In this document: positions 9,388 through 18,273 of the stretch, in pieces
Layout of the letters: each line of letters starts with the position of its first letter
How positions within the stretch are numbered: the stretch's first letter is position 1
Program-made: the position numbers and the translations under genes
Source of the DNA: Bacillota bacterium
GTDB lineage: Bacteria; Bacillota; Sulfobacillia; JAUYEF01
Direction: 5' to 3'
DNA length: 64,000 nt
NCBI GenBank assembly: GCA_030691635.1
Contig: JAUYEF010000221.1
Coordinates: 13,929-77,928 of the forward strand
The notes under the pieces: generated by a model
What the model was told of the DNA's origin: nothing
The model's database searches: none
Seen by the model: the letters and a program-made list of their open reading frames with translations, nothing else

Positions 9388-10170
9388 TCAGGCGAGGTCG
9401 TGCTGGTACCGGGCGAGATAGCTCCTGAGCCGCAGCATCGCTCTGGTGTGCAGCTGCGATATCCGCGACTGGGAGATGCCCATGAGCACACTGATCTCCT
9501 TCGCAGTCAGCCCTTCATAGTGATACAGCGCAACCAGCATCCGCTCCCGCTCCGGTAGCCTGTCGATCGCGCGCGCGAGCACGCGCTTCCTGTCTTCTAT
9601 CTCCACCAGCCTTTCCGGGTCGGCGGCGGCGGGGTCCTCTATCATGTCGATCGCGCGGATGCCGTCATCCCCTTCAACCTCAGTGACCCACAGCTCATCC
9701 AGCGAGACCAGGATCGTGCCGGAGAGGGTCGAGAGGTGCCTGGCGAACGCCTCCGGCGACATGCCGAGTTCAAGCGCGATTTCCTCATCCGTGGCGGAGC
9801 GGCCCAGTTCCGATTCAACCTTCGCGTACGCTCTCTCCACGGCGCGCGCTTTTTGGCGTACCCCAGAGGGAACCCAGTCCAGGGCCCTGAGGCCATCGAT
9901 GATCGCCCCGCGGATACGTGCCACCGCGTAGGTCTCAAACTTGACTCCTCTGGATGGGTCGTACCTCTCGATCGCCTCCATCAGCCCGAAGATGCCCGAT
10001 GAGACAAGGTCGTCCACATCCACGTGGGGCGGGAGCGAGATCGCGACTCTGCCTGCGACATACTTGACAAGCGGCAGGTACCGGACAATGATCTCGTCCC
10101 TCAGATGCCTGTCGCCCGCGGATTTGTAGGCGGCCCAGACATCTGGCCGCACAGGCGCCTGCGCGCTCAT
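9388..10170 (-). CDS. sigD: flagellar RNA polymerase sigma factor (sigma-28 / SigD / FliA)
   Basis: 260-aa ORF with region 2 (YLPLVKYVAGRV...GLMEAIERYDPSRGVKFETYAVARIRGAIIDGLR) and the region 4 HTH (LTAKEISVLMGISQSRISQLHTRAMLRLR). Its start overlaps the flhA stop (ATGA). Confidence 0.9.
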   Translation of the reverse strand: MSAQAPVRPDVWAAYKSAGDRHLRDEIIVRYLPLVKYVAGRVAISLPPHVDVDDLVSSGIFGLMEAIERYDPSRGVKFETYAVARIRGAIIDGLRALDWVPSGVRQKARAVERAYAKVESELGRSATDEEIALELGMSPEAFARHLSTLSGTILVSLDELWVTEVEGDDGIRAIDMIEDPAAADPERLVEIEDRKRVLARAIDRLPERERMLVALYHYEGLTAKEISVLMGISQSRISQLHTRAMLRLRSYLARYQHDLA

Positions 10171-12230
10171 GAGATTCTCACCATCCCAGAAGGCTGCAGC
10201 ACCAGAGACCTGTCTACCTCTGCGTACGACACCACGTGCAACCTCGGCATCACCCGGTCGGCGAGCCGCTTCATTTGCGGCCGCGTGGCGCTCGAGCAGA
10301 GGAGCACAGGAGTCTTGCCTCCTCGCTGCACGTTCTCAATCTGCCGGACGAGGCTTTCCAGCACCCTGCGTCCGGTATCAGGGTCGATGGGCGAGCCTGG
10401 GTCCTTCGCGTTCTCAGCGATCCTGTCCTCAACTTCCGGGTCCACGGTTATCACCCCAGCGTCATCGCCATAGAGGCCCGAGACCCGTGTGATGAGCCTC
10501 CCAAGCTTCCGTCTCACGATCTCGGTGAGTAGCACGGTATCCTTGGTCTGGCGTGCGTGGTCTGCAAGCGTCTCGAGGATGGTGATGCTATCCTTCACCG
10601 GGATGCCTTCTCGGAGCAGGTTCTGCATGACTTTCTGCACCTCGCCCACGGTGAGGAGCGACGGGACCAGTTCCTCCACGACCGCCTGGTTGGTCTCCTT
10701 GACCAGATCGAGGACGTGCTGCACGTCCTGGCGCGTGAGAGTCTCGTGCCCGTGCTCGCGCACCACTTCGGCCAGGTGTGTGGCGAGCACTGAGTCCGGA
10801 TCGACGACGACAAGCCCCTCGATTTCCGCCAGGGCCTTTTCCGCCGCGCTGACCCACCACGCGACAAGGCCGAAGACCGGCTCTTTCACCTCGATCCCGG
10901 ACGCGGGCTTCTTGCCGTCAGGCCCCCCCATGCAGAGGAAATGAGCCGGGTAGAGTTCCCCGCCCGCGACCTTGGCGCCGCGCAGTTTTATCGCATACTG
11001 TCTGGGCGCAAGTTCGAACAGGTTGTCGCGGATCCTGACTGGCGGTATGACAAGGCCCATGTCGGACGCGACCTGCCTTCTTATGATTGAGACCCGTTCC
11101 AGCAGGCCTCCTCCCTGTGCCGGGTCGGCCAGGCCCACGAGGCTCGCCCCCAGCTCGATCTCCAGCGGGTCCACCTGTGTCAGCCTGAGGACTGCCTGCG
11201 GCTTCCGCGCTTCCTCCATCTCGGACTCCTTCTTCTGTTGAGCGGCCAGTTCCCCATCGCGCGCCTCTGAGCGGGCAAGTGACCGCGCCAGCAGAGCCAG
11301 ACCCGCGGCAAGCGCCAGGAACGGGATCTTCGGCAGGCCAGGCACAAAGGCGAACAACAGCATGAACCCGGCCGCGGTCCTGAGTGCCCTCGGCTGACGG
11401 ACCACCTGCGCGAGAATGTCCCTGCCAAGCCCTGTATCCGAGGCGGAGCGCGTCACCATGATGCCCGCGGCCGTGGAAAACACAAGCGCAGGTATCTGCG
11501 CAAGGATGCCCTGCCCGATCGTGAGCAGCGCGTACTTGGACAGCGCGTCCTGAGCGCTGAGCTTCTGCTGGACCATACCGACCCCGAACCCCCCCACCAG
11601 GTTGATGGCCGTCACGACGAGAGCCGCGACGGCGTCACCCTTCACGAACTTGGCCGCACCATCCATGGCGCCGTAGAAATCCGCCTCACGCTCGATCTCA
11701 CGCCTCCTCCGCCGGGCGCCGGCGTCGTCGAGCAGGCCTGAGTTGAGGTCGGCGTCAATGGCCATCTGCTTGCCCGGCATCGCGTCGAGCGTGAAGCGGG
11801 CCGCCACCTCGGCGACTCGCTCTGCCCCGCGCGTTATCACCACAAACTGGATGGTCACAAGTATAAGGAAGACTATGAACCCCACGATCGGGTTGCCGCC
11901 GACGACGAACTGCCCGAATGCCGCTACCATGTTCCCTGCGTAGCCGTGTAGCAGGATCAGCCGCGTGCAGCACACGTTCAGCGCGAGCCTGAACAGGGTC
12001 GCGACGAGCAGCACCGTCGGGAACACCGAGAACTCCAGGGCCGAAGCCGTGTACATGGAGACCAGCAGCGCCACCAGCGAAAGGCCGAGGTTCAGCGCCA
12101 GGAGGACGTCCACCACGTACCACGGAAGCGGCACAACCATCATGGCCACGACCGCCATCACGGCGACCGCCACGACTATGTCGCCGTTTCTCTCGATGAA
12201 TGTCCTGCCTGGATCCGTGGTCTGCATCAT
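10167..12230 (-). CDS. flhA: flagellar type III export apparatus protein FlhA
   Basis: 687-aa ORF with an N-terminal 8-TM domain (FPTVLLVATLFRLALNV, RVAEVAARFTLDAMPGKQMAIDADL) and a large cytoplasmic C-domain. Confidence 0.95.
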   Translation of the reverse strand: MMQTTDPGRTFIERNGDIVVAVAVMAVVAMMVVPLPWYVVDVLLALNLGLSLVALLVSMYTASALEFSVFPTVLLVATLFRLALNVCCTRLILLHGYAGNMVAAFGQFVVGGNPIVGFIVFLILVTIQFVVITRGAERVAEVAARFTLDAMPGKQMAIDADLNSGLLDDAGARRRRREIEREADFYGAMDGAAKFVKGDAVAALVVTAINLVGGFGVGMVQQKLSAQDALSKYALLTIGQGILAQIPALVFSTAAGIMVTRSASDTGLGRDILAQVVRQPRALRTAAGFMLLFAFVPGLPKIPFLALAAGLALLARSLARSEARDGELAAQQKKESEMEEARKPQAVLRLTQVDPLEIELGASLVGLADPAQGGGLLERVSIIRRQVASDMGLVIPPVRIRDNLFELAPRQYAIKLRGAKVAGGELYPAHFLCMGGPDGKKPASGIEVKEPVFGLVAWWVSAAEKALAEIEGLVVVDPDSVLATHLAEVVREHGHETLTRQDVQHVLDLVKETNQAVVEELVPSLLTVGEVQKVMQNLLREGIPVKDSITILETLADHARQTKDTVLLTEIVRRKLGRLITRVSGLYGDDAGVITVDPEVEDRIAENAKDPGSPIDPDTGRRVLESLVRQIENVQRGGKTPVLLCSSATRPQMKRLADRVMPRLHVVSYAEVDRSLVLQPSGMVRIS

Positions 12231-13396
12231 GGGGCCATCGCCCCCGACGATTGCCTGGAGCCTTCCGGCCTGAGACGGTACACAAAGGCAAGGACCTCAG
12301 CGACGGCATGGTAGAGGACCGGCGGTATCAGTTCACCGACATCGACGGACCGGAACAGCGCCCGGGCGACCGGCGCATTCTCGACCACCGCCACCCTGTG
12401 CCTCGTAGCCTGCTCCTTGATGCGCAGCGCAAGCTGGCCGGCGCCCTTTGCGATGACCACCGGGGCGGGGGTCTTTGAGGCTTCGTACTGCAGCGCTACG
12501 GCGAAGTGCTCAGGGTTCACGACCACGACGTCGGCCTTTCGCACCGCAAGGATCATCCTTCCCCTGGCAAGCTGCCGCTGCCGCGACCTGAGGCGTTGCC
12601 GTACCTCAGGCCTGCCCTCAGTCTCCTTGATCTCGTCTAGCATCTCTCTTCGGGTCATCATCAGGCTGGTCTCATTCTCGCGCCACTGCAGGAAGTAGTC
12701 GCCGGCAGCGATTGCCGCCAGCCCAAGGCAACACCGCAGCGCCAACGACCAGATGATGCCACCTGCGAAGATGAAGGCCTCCCGCAGCGGCGCGCCGGCC
12801 AGCCCTGGCAGTATCGCCGCAGCCGCCCTGCCTGCCTGGCCAACAGCCTCTGCGATAACGAGCGTTTTCAGGACCGCCTTCAGCAGGTCCAGGAGCGCTT
12901 TTCTCGAGAAAATCCGGGCGAGCCCGCGCAGCGGTGAAAGCCGCGACAACTTCGGCGATACCGGCTCGGCCGAAAAGGAAAACCCCACCTGAGCGACCTC
13001 CCCGGCGAGCGAAGCCAGCGTCAACAGGGCGAGCACAGGCAGGACCGCGAAGCCCGCGCCCGCGAGGCAGGATTCCATCAGCCGGCGGAACCCGGCCGCA
13101 TCGCTCACACTGCCTGCCTGGGACCATATGTCCCGGGCAAGCGACTGCAGCCCGGTCGCGCCACGAGTCCATGACCAGCGGAGAGCGACGGAACCGGAAA
13201 GGATGACGGCGACGAGACCGACCTCGCCCGAATGAACGACCTGGCCGCGGCGTCTCGCCTCTTGCCTTCGCCGCTGAGTCGGCATCTCGCGTTTTTCCTC
13301 AGAGAACAACTGCAGGTCCAGCGAGTCCAGCCTCCTTGTCCACGCACGTTCCTCCGGATCGCCCACGGCCGCTCTCGGGCCCGGACCGCATTCCAT
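12227..13396 (-). CDS. flhB: flagellar export apparatus switch protein FlhB
   Basis: LDLQLFSEEKREMPTQRRRQEARRRGQVVHS at the N-terminus and the autocleavage region VVVNPEHFAVAL (NPxH). The exact start is uncertain: ATG 13396 was taken, and the conserved part begins about 25 codons later. Confidence 0.9.
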   Translation of the reverse strand: MECGPGPRAAVGDPEERAWTRRLDSLDLQLFSEEKREMPTQRRRQEARRRGQVVHSGEVGLVAVILSGSVALRWSWTRGATGLQSLARDIWSQAGSVSDAAGFRRLMESCLAGAGFAVLPVLALLTLASLAGEVAQVGFSFSAEPVSPKLSRLSPLRGLARIFSRKALLDLLKAVLKTLVIAEAVGQAGRAAAAILPGLAGAPLREAFIFAGGIIWSLALRCCLGLAAIAAGDYFLQWRENETSLMMTRREMLDEIKETEGRPEVRQRLRSRQRQLARGRMILAVRKADVVVVNPEHFAVALQYEASKTPAPVVIAKGAGQLALRIKEQATRHRVAVVENAPVARALFRSVDVGELIPPVLYHAVAEVLAFVYRLRPEGSRQSSGAMAP

Positions 13397-13403
13397 CGCT
13401 CGC

Positions 13404-14192
13404 CTAGGGTGCCAGCGTCTCCACTAAGGCGAAAAGCCAGTCGCGGCTCGTGCTGAACGCCCCGGCGAGCGCGCGTAGCATGGGCCCGATGCTCGAGGCC
13501 AGGACGGCCAGGCCCAGGAGCACGCGGATGGGCAGGCCCATGACAAGGATGTTGAGCTGGGTCACTGCCCGCGACACGATGCCCATCGCGCATGCGGCGA
13601 GGAGGGATGCCACGAGGACCGGCAGGGCCAGCCTGAGCCCAAGGTCGAACGATTCGCAAAACCTGTCGAACACCCATTGCGGGATGCCCTGGTCCCAGCG
13701 GGCGGTCCTGACCGGGAACGCGGCGGGTATGTGCAGCACTCCCGCGAGCAGAAAGTGGTGGCCGTCCATCGCCAGGAACAGCGCAAGCCCGCATAGCTGG
13801 AAGAACCCACCCATCAGGGGCACCTGCACACCGTGAGCAGGGTCGAGAACGTTGGTCATGCCATAGCCCATCTCTGAATCGAACACGTGGCCCGCCACCT
13901 GGACGGCTACGAACACAAGCGAAGACACAAACCCGGCGAGCATGCCGAAGAACGATTCCGCCAGCGCCATGGCCACGAGCCCTCCCGGACTCGACGGGGA
14001 TATGGTCGCGGGCACGCCCGCCTGCACCGCAGGAGACAGGGCGAGGGAGAGGCACAGTACCAGCGCCGCCTTGACCTGGACCGGTATGTACCGGCCAGAG
14101 AAGAAAGGACCGGTGGCGAACAGCCCGCTGAGGCGAGAGGCGAGCGCCAGGACCACCGGCAGCAAGGGGTGGAGTAGTCCGACATCGAGCAT
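13404..14192 (-). CDS. fliR: flagellar export apparatus protein FliR
   Basis: 262-aa polytopic membrane ORF lying between fliQ and flhB. Confidence 0.85.
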   Translation of the reverse strand: MLDVGLLHPLLPVVLALASRLSGLFATGPFFSGRYIPVQVKAALVLCLSLALSPAVQAGVPATISPSSPGGLVAMALAESFFGMLAGFVSSLVFVAVQVAGHVFDSEMGYGMTNVLDPAHGVQVPLMGGFFQLCGLALFLAMDGHHFLLAGVLHIPAAFPVRTARWDQGIPQWVFDRFCESFDLGLRLALPVLVASLLAACAMGIVSRAVTQLNILVMGLPIRVLLGLAVLASSIGPMLRALAGAFSTSRDWLFALVETLAP

Positions 14193-14206
14193 TCATCTCT
14201 CCCCTT

Positions 14207-14473
14207 TCACCTGATGAAGCTGGGGAGAGCGAGCAACAGGCCGGACGTGAAGGCGACGAGTTTCTCCAGCATCCAGGGTCCGAAGAACAAAAGAGCGGCG
14301 AACGAAGCCAGTATCTTTGGGACGAAGACGAGCGTCTGTTCGTGGATCTGTGTCGTGGCCTGGAACAGGCTGACAAGTAGTCCCACCGCCAGGCTCGCGA
14401 CGATGATGGGCGCCGAGACCAGCAGCGCCACGCGCAGAGACTGTCGCCCGAGTTCCATGACTATGTCCGGCAT
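14207..14473 (-). CDS. fliQ: flagellar export apparatus protein FliQ
   Basis: 88-aa two-TM ORF (LLVSAPIIVASLAVGLLVSLFQATTQIHEQTLVFVPKI). Confidence 0.85.
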   Translation of the reverse strand: MPDIVMELGRQSLRVALLVSAPIIVASLAVGLLVSLFQATTQIHEQTLVFVPKILASFAALLFFGPWMLEKLVAFTSGLLLALPSFIR

Positions 14474-14485
14474 GTAATCCTCCCC

Positions 14486-15250
14486 CTAGCGAAAGCTCGA
14501 AACCAGAGACCGCGTGACAAGGTGCCAACCGTCGGCCAGCACAAACATCAGTATCTTGAACGGTAGAGACACCATCATCGGCGGCAGCATCAGCATCCCC
14601 ATGCTCATCAGCGTGCTGGCCACCACCATGTCGATCACGATGAACGGCAGGAAGACGACGAAGCCCATCTGGAACGCGGTCTTCAGCTCGCTGATCACGA
14701 AGGCCGGTATCACGGCCTTCATGGGCGCTTCGTCTCCGGCTCTGACGTCGACCCCAGTGAGGTCCGCGAACAGCGCGAGGTCCTTCTCCCTCGTCTGCCT
14801 GAGCATGAACTGTCTCACCGAACCCTCCGAGTACTTGAGCGCTTCGTTGAGTTTGATGTTTCCGGCAAGGTAGGGGCCGATGGCGTGAGAGTCGATATCC
14901 GACCATGTCGGCGCCATGACAAACACCGTGAGCACGAGCGCGAGCCCTATGAGCACCTGGTTCGGCGGCACCTGCTGAGTCGCGAGGGCGCTGCGGGTGA
15001 ACGAGAGCACCACGACGATCCTCACAAAGCTTGTCAGCAGCACCAGGATGGCAGGGGCCAGCGAGAGCACGGTAAGCAGCGCGAGCACCTGCAGCGCCTG
15101 GGCCATCTCTTCTGGCTTCTCCACCGCCTTGAGGCTGATCTCTACCGATGGAACGGTGACCGGTTGAGCCAGGCATGTTCCTGCGGCGCACAGCACCGGC
15201 AACAAAGCTATGAGGCACGCCACGGGATGCTTGCGAAGAGCGCCCAGCAT
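14486..15250 (-). CDS. fliP: flagellar export apparatus protein FliP
   Basis: Contains LLTSFVRIVVVLSFTRSALATQQVPPNQVLIGLALVLTVFVM and AFVISELKTAFQMGF. Start set at ATG 15250, 1 nt after the fliO stop; the track ORF extends to 15400. Confidence 0.9.
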   Translation of the reverse strand: MLGALRKHPVACLIALLPVLCAAGTCLAQPVTVPSVEISLKAVEKPEEMAQALQVLALLTVLSLAPAILVLLTSFVRIVVVLSFTRSALATQQVPPNQVLIGLALVLTVFVMAPTWSDIDSHAIGPYLAGNIKLNEALKYSEGSVRQFMLRQTREKDLALFADLTGVDVRAGDEAPMKAVIPAFVISELKTAFQMGFVVFLPFIVIDMVVASTLMSMGMLMLPPMMVSLPFKILMFVLADGWHLVTRSLVSSFR

Positions 15251-15251
15251 A

Positions 15252-15602
15252 TCAGTCCACGCTCCTCTGGCGGCGCCGCAGAGCGCGGCGGAGCGCCTGG
15301 CCGAACCCCGGGGCCGGCGCATGGACAGGCTCGCTTTCCACTTCGTCGAGCTCGTGCCTCGACATCTCACCGAGCCGGAAAAGCCCTTTGTCGGAGACAC
15401 CCAGCACGATCACTCGTGGCCCGGCGGACAGCAGGACCACCTGCTTCGACGGCCCGAGATACGCCCTGTCCAGTACCTTGAGAAGCCCGCCAGGACGCCC
15501 GCCGCGCTGCGCAAGCAGCCTTGAGCAGACAACGGATGCCGCCAGCACCCCGATGAGAAGCAAGGCCATCTCCACGATCTCCCTGAAAGCCACCTGAGTC
15601 AC
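15252..15602 (-). CDS. fliO: flagellar biosynthesis protein FliO (FliZ in Bacillus nomenclature)
   Basis: 116-aa ORF with one N-terminal TM helix and a LKVLDRAYLGPSKQVVLLSAGPRVIVLGVSDKGL core. Lies between fliN and fliP. Confidence 0.6.
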   Translation of the reverse strand: MTQVAFREIVEMALLLIGVLAASVVCSRLLAQRGGRPGGLLKVLDRAYLGPSKQVVLLSAGPRVIVLGVSDKGLFRLGEMSRHELDEVESEPVHAPAPGFGQALRRALRRRQRSVD

Positions 15603-16057
15603 CTCATGGTCGCCAGCCGCTCCGGCCGGCTTACTACCTCGCTGATACGAACGCCGAAGTTCTCGTCGATGACCACGACCTCGCCGCGGGCGAGCAGTCT
15701 CCCGTTGACCATCACATCGACCGGCTCGCCTGCCTGGCGGTCGAGCTCGACGACAGAGCCCGGCACCATGGCGAGCACTTCCCTGACGAGCTTCTTGGTG
15801 CGGCCGAGTTCCACGGCGACCTCCACCGGTATGTCAAGCACCAGGTCTATCGCCATGGGCCCAGACGCCCCTTCAGCCGGCGGAGGGGGTTCGTCGAACT
15901 CCTCGAATTCCTGGACGGCCTGGGACCCGGGACTGGGATCTTCCTGTACGCCCCCGGCCGGCGCGCTCCCGGCCGGCGCGCTCTCGGCCGTCGTGGTCTC
16001 GGCCGGCGCTCGCAGCAACTCGTCGATCTCTTCCTGTGAGAGAGGGGACTTACTCAT
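15599..16057 (-). CDS. fliN: flagellar motor switch protein FliN (no CheC-like domain)
   Basis: C-terminal SpoA/FliN domain (LDIPVEVAVELGRTKKLVREVLAMVPGSVVELDRQAGEPVDVMVNGRLLARGEVVVIDENFGVRISEV). The N-terminus carries LSQEEIDELL. Confidence 0.85.
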   Translation of the reverse strand: MSKSPLSQEEIDELLRAPAETTTAESAPAGSAPAGGVQEDPSPGSQAVQEFEEFDEPPPPAEGASGPMAIDLVLDIPVEVAVELGRTKKLVREVLAMVPGSVVELDRQAGEPVDVMVNGRLLARGEVVVIDENFGVRISEVVSRPERLATMR

Positions 16058-17054
16058 GTGGGTCCTCCTTGATCAGACTCTCTACGCGGATGCAAAGCCT
16101 TCGGCCCGACCGGCCGGGGGTGGCCAGGAACTTCGGTATGCCCTCGACCAGGACCGTGACGGGGCCCGCGGCCCGTGACTCGAGTTCGATGATGTCGCCA
16201 GACTCGATCTCCAGGATGTCACGCACACGAAGGTGCGCATGCCCGAGTTCCGCCGACACTCGGACCTCCACGCGCTTCAGCCGTGCCAGGAGGGTCTCGG
16301 TATCGGTCTTGCCGGGGCTCCGCCTTGACGCCGCAAACCAGTTCCGGGCCGAAAGCCTCGGCAGCACAGGCTCGAGCGTCATGAAAGGGATGCTGAAAGT
16401 CATGGAGCCGAGCGCTTTGCCGACTCTCATGTCGTACTTGATCACGACCGTCATCTCGTTGGCGGCTATGTTCTGGACGAAGCTCGGGTTGCTCGTCACG
16501 CTCTCGATTCTGGGCTCGACAGCCGCCAGCGACCGCCAGCCTTCTCTCACAGAAGACAGGATGCCTTCCATCAGCTTGTTTACGATGGCGATTTCGATCT
16601 CGGTGAGCCCCCGGCCGACATCTCGCACAAGTCCAGGACCGCCGAACAACCGGTCCACCATGACGAGCGCCACCGGGATATCCAGCGAAACGAACATCGG
16701 TCCCTTCAGGGGCTCCATGCCGATGGTGGCTATGTACCCCGGGCTGGGAAGCAGGCCGGTGAATTCCTCGAAGGTCATCGCGTCGACGGAGGACACGGCG
16801 ACGGTGGTCATCGCTCGCACCTGGGCCCCAAGGTACGTGGAGCAGAGCCGCGCGATATTCTCGTGGAGCATCTCCACGGTCCGGATCTGGTCGCGAGAGA
16901 ACTTGTCCGGCCTCTTAAAGTCATATACCCGGACAAGCCTTCTCTTGGGCCCGTTAGGGCCTTCCGGAGAGCTCGCAGCCTGGGCCGCCCTGTCGTTGTC
17001 CATGAGAGAGATGATGAGCGCATCCAGGTCCTTCTGAGTCAGTATCTCGGGCAC
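16050..17054 (-). CDS. fliM: flagellar motor switch protein FliM
   Basis: (M)PEILTQKDLDALI N-terminus, FKRPDKFSRDQIRT and a C-terminal SpoA-like domain. Start set at GTG 17054 (GGAGG 7 nt upstream). An alternative GTG at 17078 overlaps the fliL stop. Confidence 0.9.
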   Translation of the reverse strand: MPEILTQKDLDALIISLMDNDRAAQAASSPEGPNGPKRRLVRVYDFKRPDKFSRDQIRTVEMLHENIARLCSTYLGAQVRAMTTVAVSSVDAMTFEEFTGLLPSPGYIATIGMEPLKGPMFVSLDIPVALVMVDRLFGGPGLVRDVGRGLTEIEIAIVNKLMEGILSSVREGWRSLAAVEPRIESVTSNPSFVQNIAANEMTVVIKYDMRVGKALGSMTFSIPFMTLEPVLPRLSARNWFAASRRSPGKTDTETLLARLKRVEVRVSAELGHAHLRVRDILEIESGDIIELESRAAGPVTVLVEGIPKFLATPGRSGRRLCIRVESLIKEDPHE

Positions 17055-17077
17055 TCTCCCACCTCCCTCCGCGGCCA

Positions 17078-17503
17078 CTACTGGATCGCAAACTCGACGA
17101 AATAGATGGCTGAGATGCCGCCGTTAGCGAGCACCTTGTTGGTCCCTGCGACGAGATCGGCACCGAGACGCCTCATGCCCTCCGGACCTGCCAGGTCCGC
17201 GATCGTCTTGTTCCTGAGGACCATGAGCACCTGGTCACGGACCTGTGACGCCTTGACCTGCAGCTCTTTGGCCGCTTCCTCGGAGGAGGCTTCCATGTCG
17301 ATCTGGATCCTGACGAAGCGCCTGTTGTCTGCGCCCGCAAGGTTGGTGACGAACTCTCCCATCTTGACCAGCACCGGGCCGGCGGGCGGCGGCTCCGCGC
17401 GCCGCCTCTGCACATAGAAGTAGCCGCCTGCCGCAGCCAACGCCAGCACGACCGCGATTCCCAGCATGATCGCCCTTGACGCCTTCCTGGGTCTGACGCT
17501 CAC
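17078..17503 (-). CDS. fliL: flagellar basal-body-associated protein FliL
   Basis: 141-aa ORF with one TM helix, then FVTNLAGADNRRFVRIQIDMEA...IYFVEFAIQ. Confidence 0.75.
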   Translation of the reverse strand: MSVRPRKASRAIMLGIAVVLALAAAGGYFYVQRRRAEPPPAGPVLVKMGEFVTNLAGADNRRFVRIQIDMEASSEEAAKELQVKASQVRDQVLMVLRNKTIADLAGPEGMRRLGADLVAGTNKVLANGGISAIYFVEFAIQ

Positions 17504-18273
17504 TTCGGTCCCCCCTGTCCCGGCTTCTCGATCTCCCTGGGCTCCGTCCTCGACTGTTCGGTGCTCAGGATCACTATGTCCACCCTGCGGTTGAGCCGGC
17601 GCCCTGCCTCATCATCGTTGGGCGAGACAGGACGGTACTCCCCATAGCCCGCAATCGAGAGTCGCGAGGGAGGCAGGTCGAAGGCCACCGACAGATGCTG
17701 GAGGACCGCCACCGCCCTCGCGGCGGAAAGGTCCCAGTTGGTCGGAAACCGCAGCGTGTTGATCGGGAGGTAATCCGTGTGCCCCTCGATCCGGATGTCG
17801 TTCGGGATTCCCTTGATGGCCTCCCCGACTTTGTCGAGCGCAGCTATCGCCCCGGGCTTGAGGTCCGCCTTGCCGAGGTCGAACAGCACCTGGTCCCGGA
17901 AGCGTATCACGAGACCCCTGGGGTCCTGCTCCGCGGCCATCACCTCACCCAGGCCGCTCTCGACTATGTAGGCCTGGATGCGGCTCTGGATCTCGAGCAG
18001 CTGGGTCTCCGGCGAGGCTTCAGGAGCTATGGGGGCCGGCTCGACCGGCCCAGCGCCTGGGAGGACACCTGAACCCTTGCTCACGGGTCCCCCGCTCGGC
18101 GCTGTGCCGAATGTGGACTGGAGCGAGAAAGCTATCTTCTCGAACTTCCTCACGTTCAGCGTCGACAGCGCAAACAACAGCACAAAGAAAGTCATCAAGA
18201 GCGTGACCATATCGCCGTACGTCGTCAGCCAGTTGAGCTGCACGGGAGGATCCTCACTCCGCGATCGCCTCAC
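17500..18273 (-). CDS. motB: flagellar stator protein MotB (OmpA-like C-terminal domain)
   Basis: WLTTYGDMVTLLMTFFVLLFALS plug/TM region with the conserved Asp, and an OmpA-like end (IRIEGHTDYLPI...NWDLSAARAVAVLQHL...NRRVDIVI). Confidence 0.85.
   Translation of the reverse strand: MRRSRSEDPPVQLNWLTTYGDMVTLLMTFFVLLFALSTLNVRKFEKIAFSLQSTFGTAPSGGPVSKGSGVLPGAGPVEPAPIAPEASPETQLLEIQSRIQAYIVESGLGEVMAAEQDPRGLVIRFRDQVLFDLGKADLKPGAIAALDKVGEAIKGIPNDIRIEGHTDYLPINTLRFPTNWDLSAARAVAVLQHLSVAFDLPPSRLSIAGYGEYRPVSPNDDEAGRRLNRRVDIVILSTEQSRTEPREIEKPGQGGPK

Noticed and set aside
13105-15218. 423-aa and 341-aa minus-strand ORFs in alternative frames over flhB/fliR/fliQ/fliP
   Set aside because: They run in alternative frames over well-supported membrane export genes, and their translations are Arg/Gly/Pro-rich. 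They are shadow ORFs.
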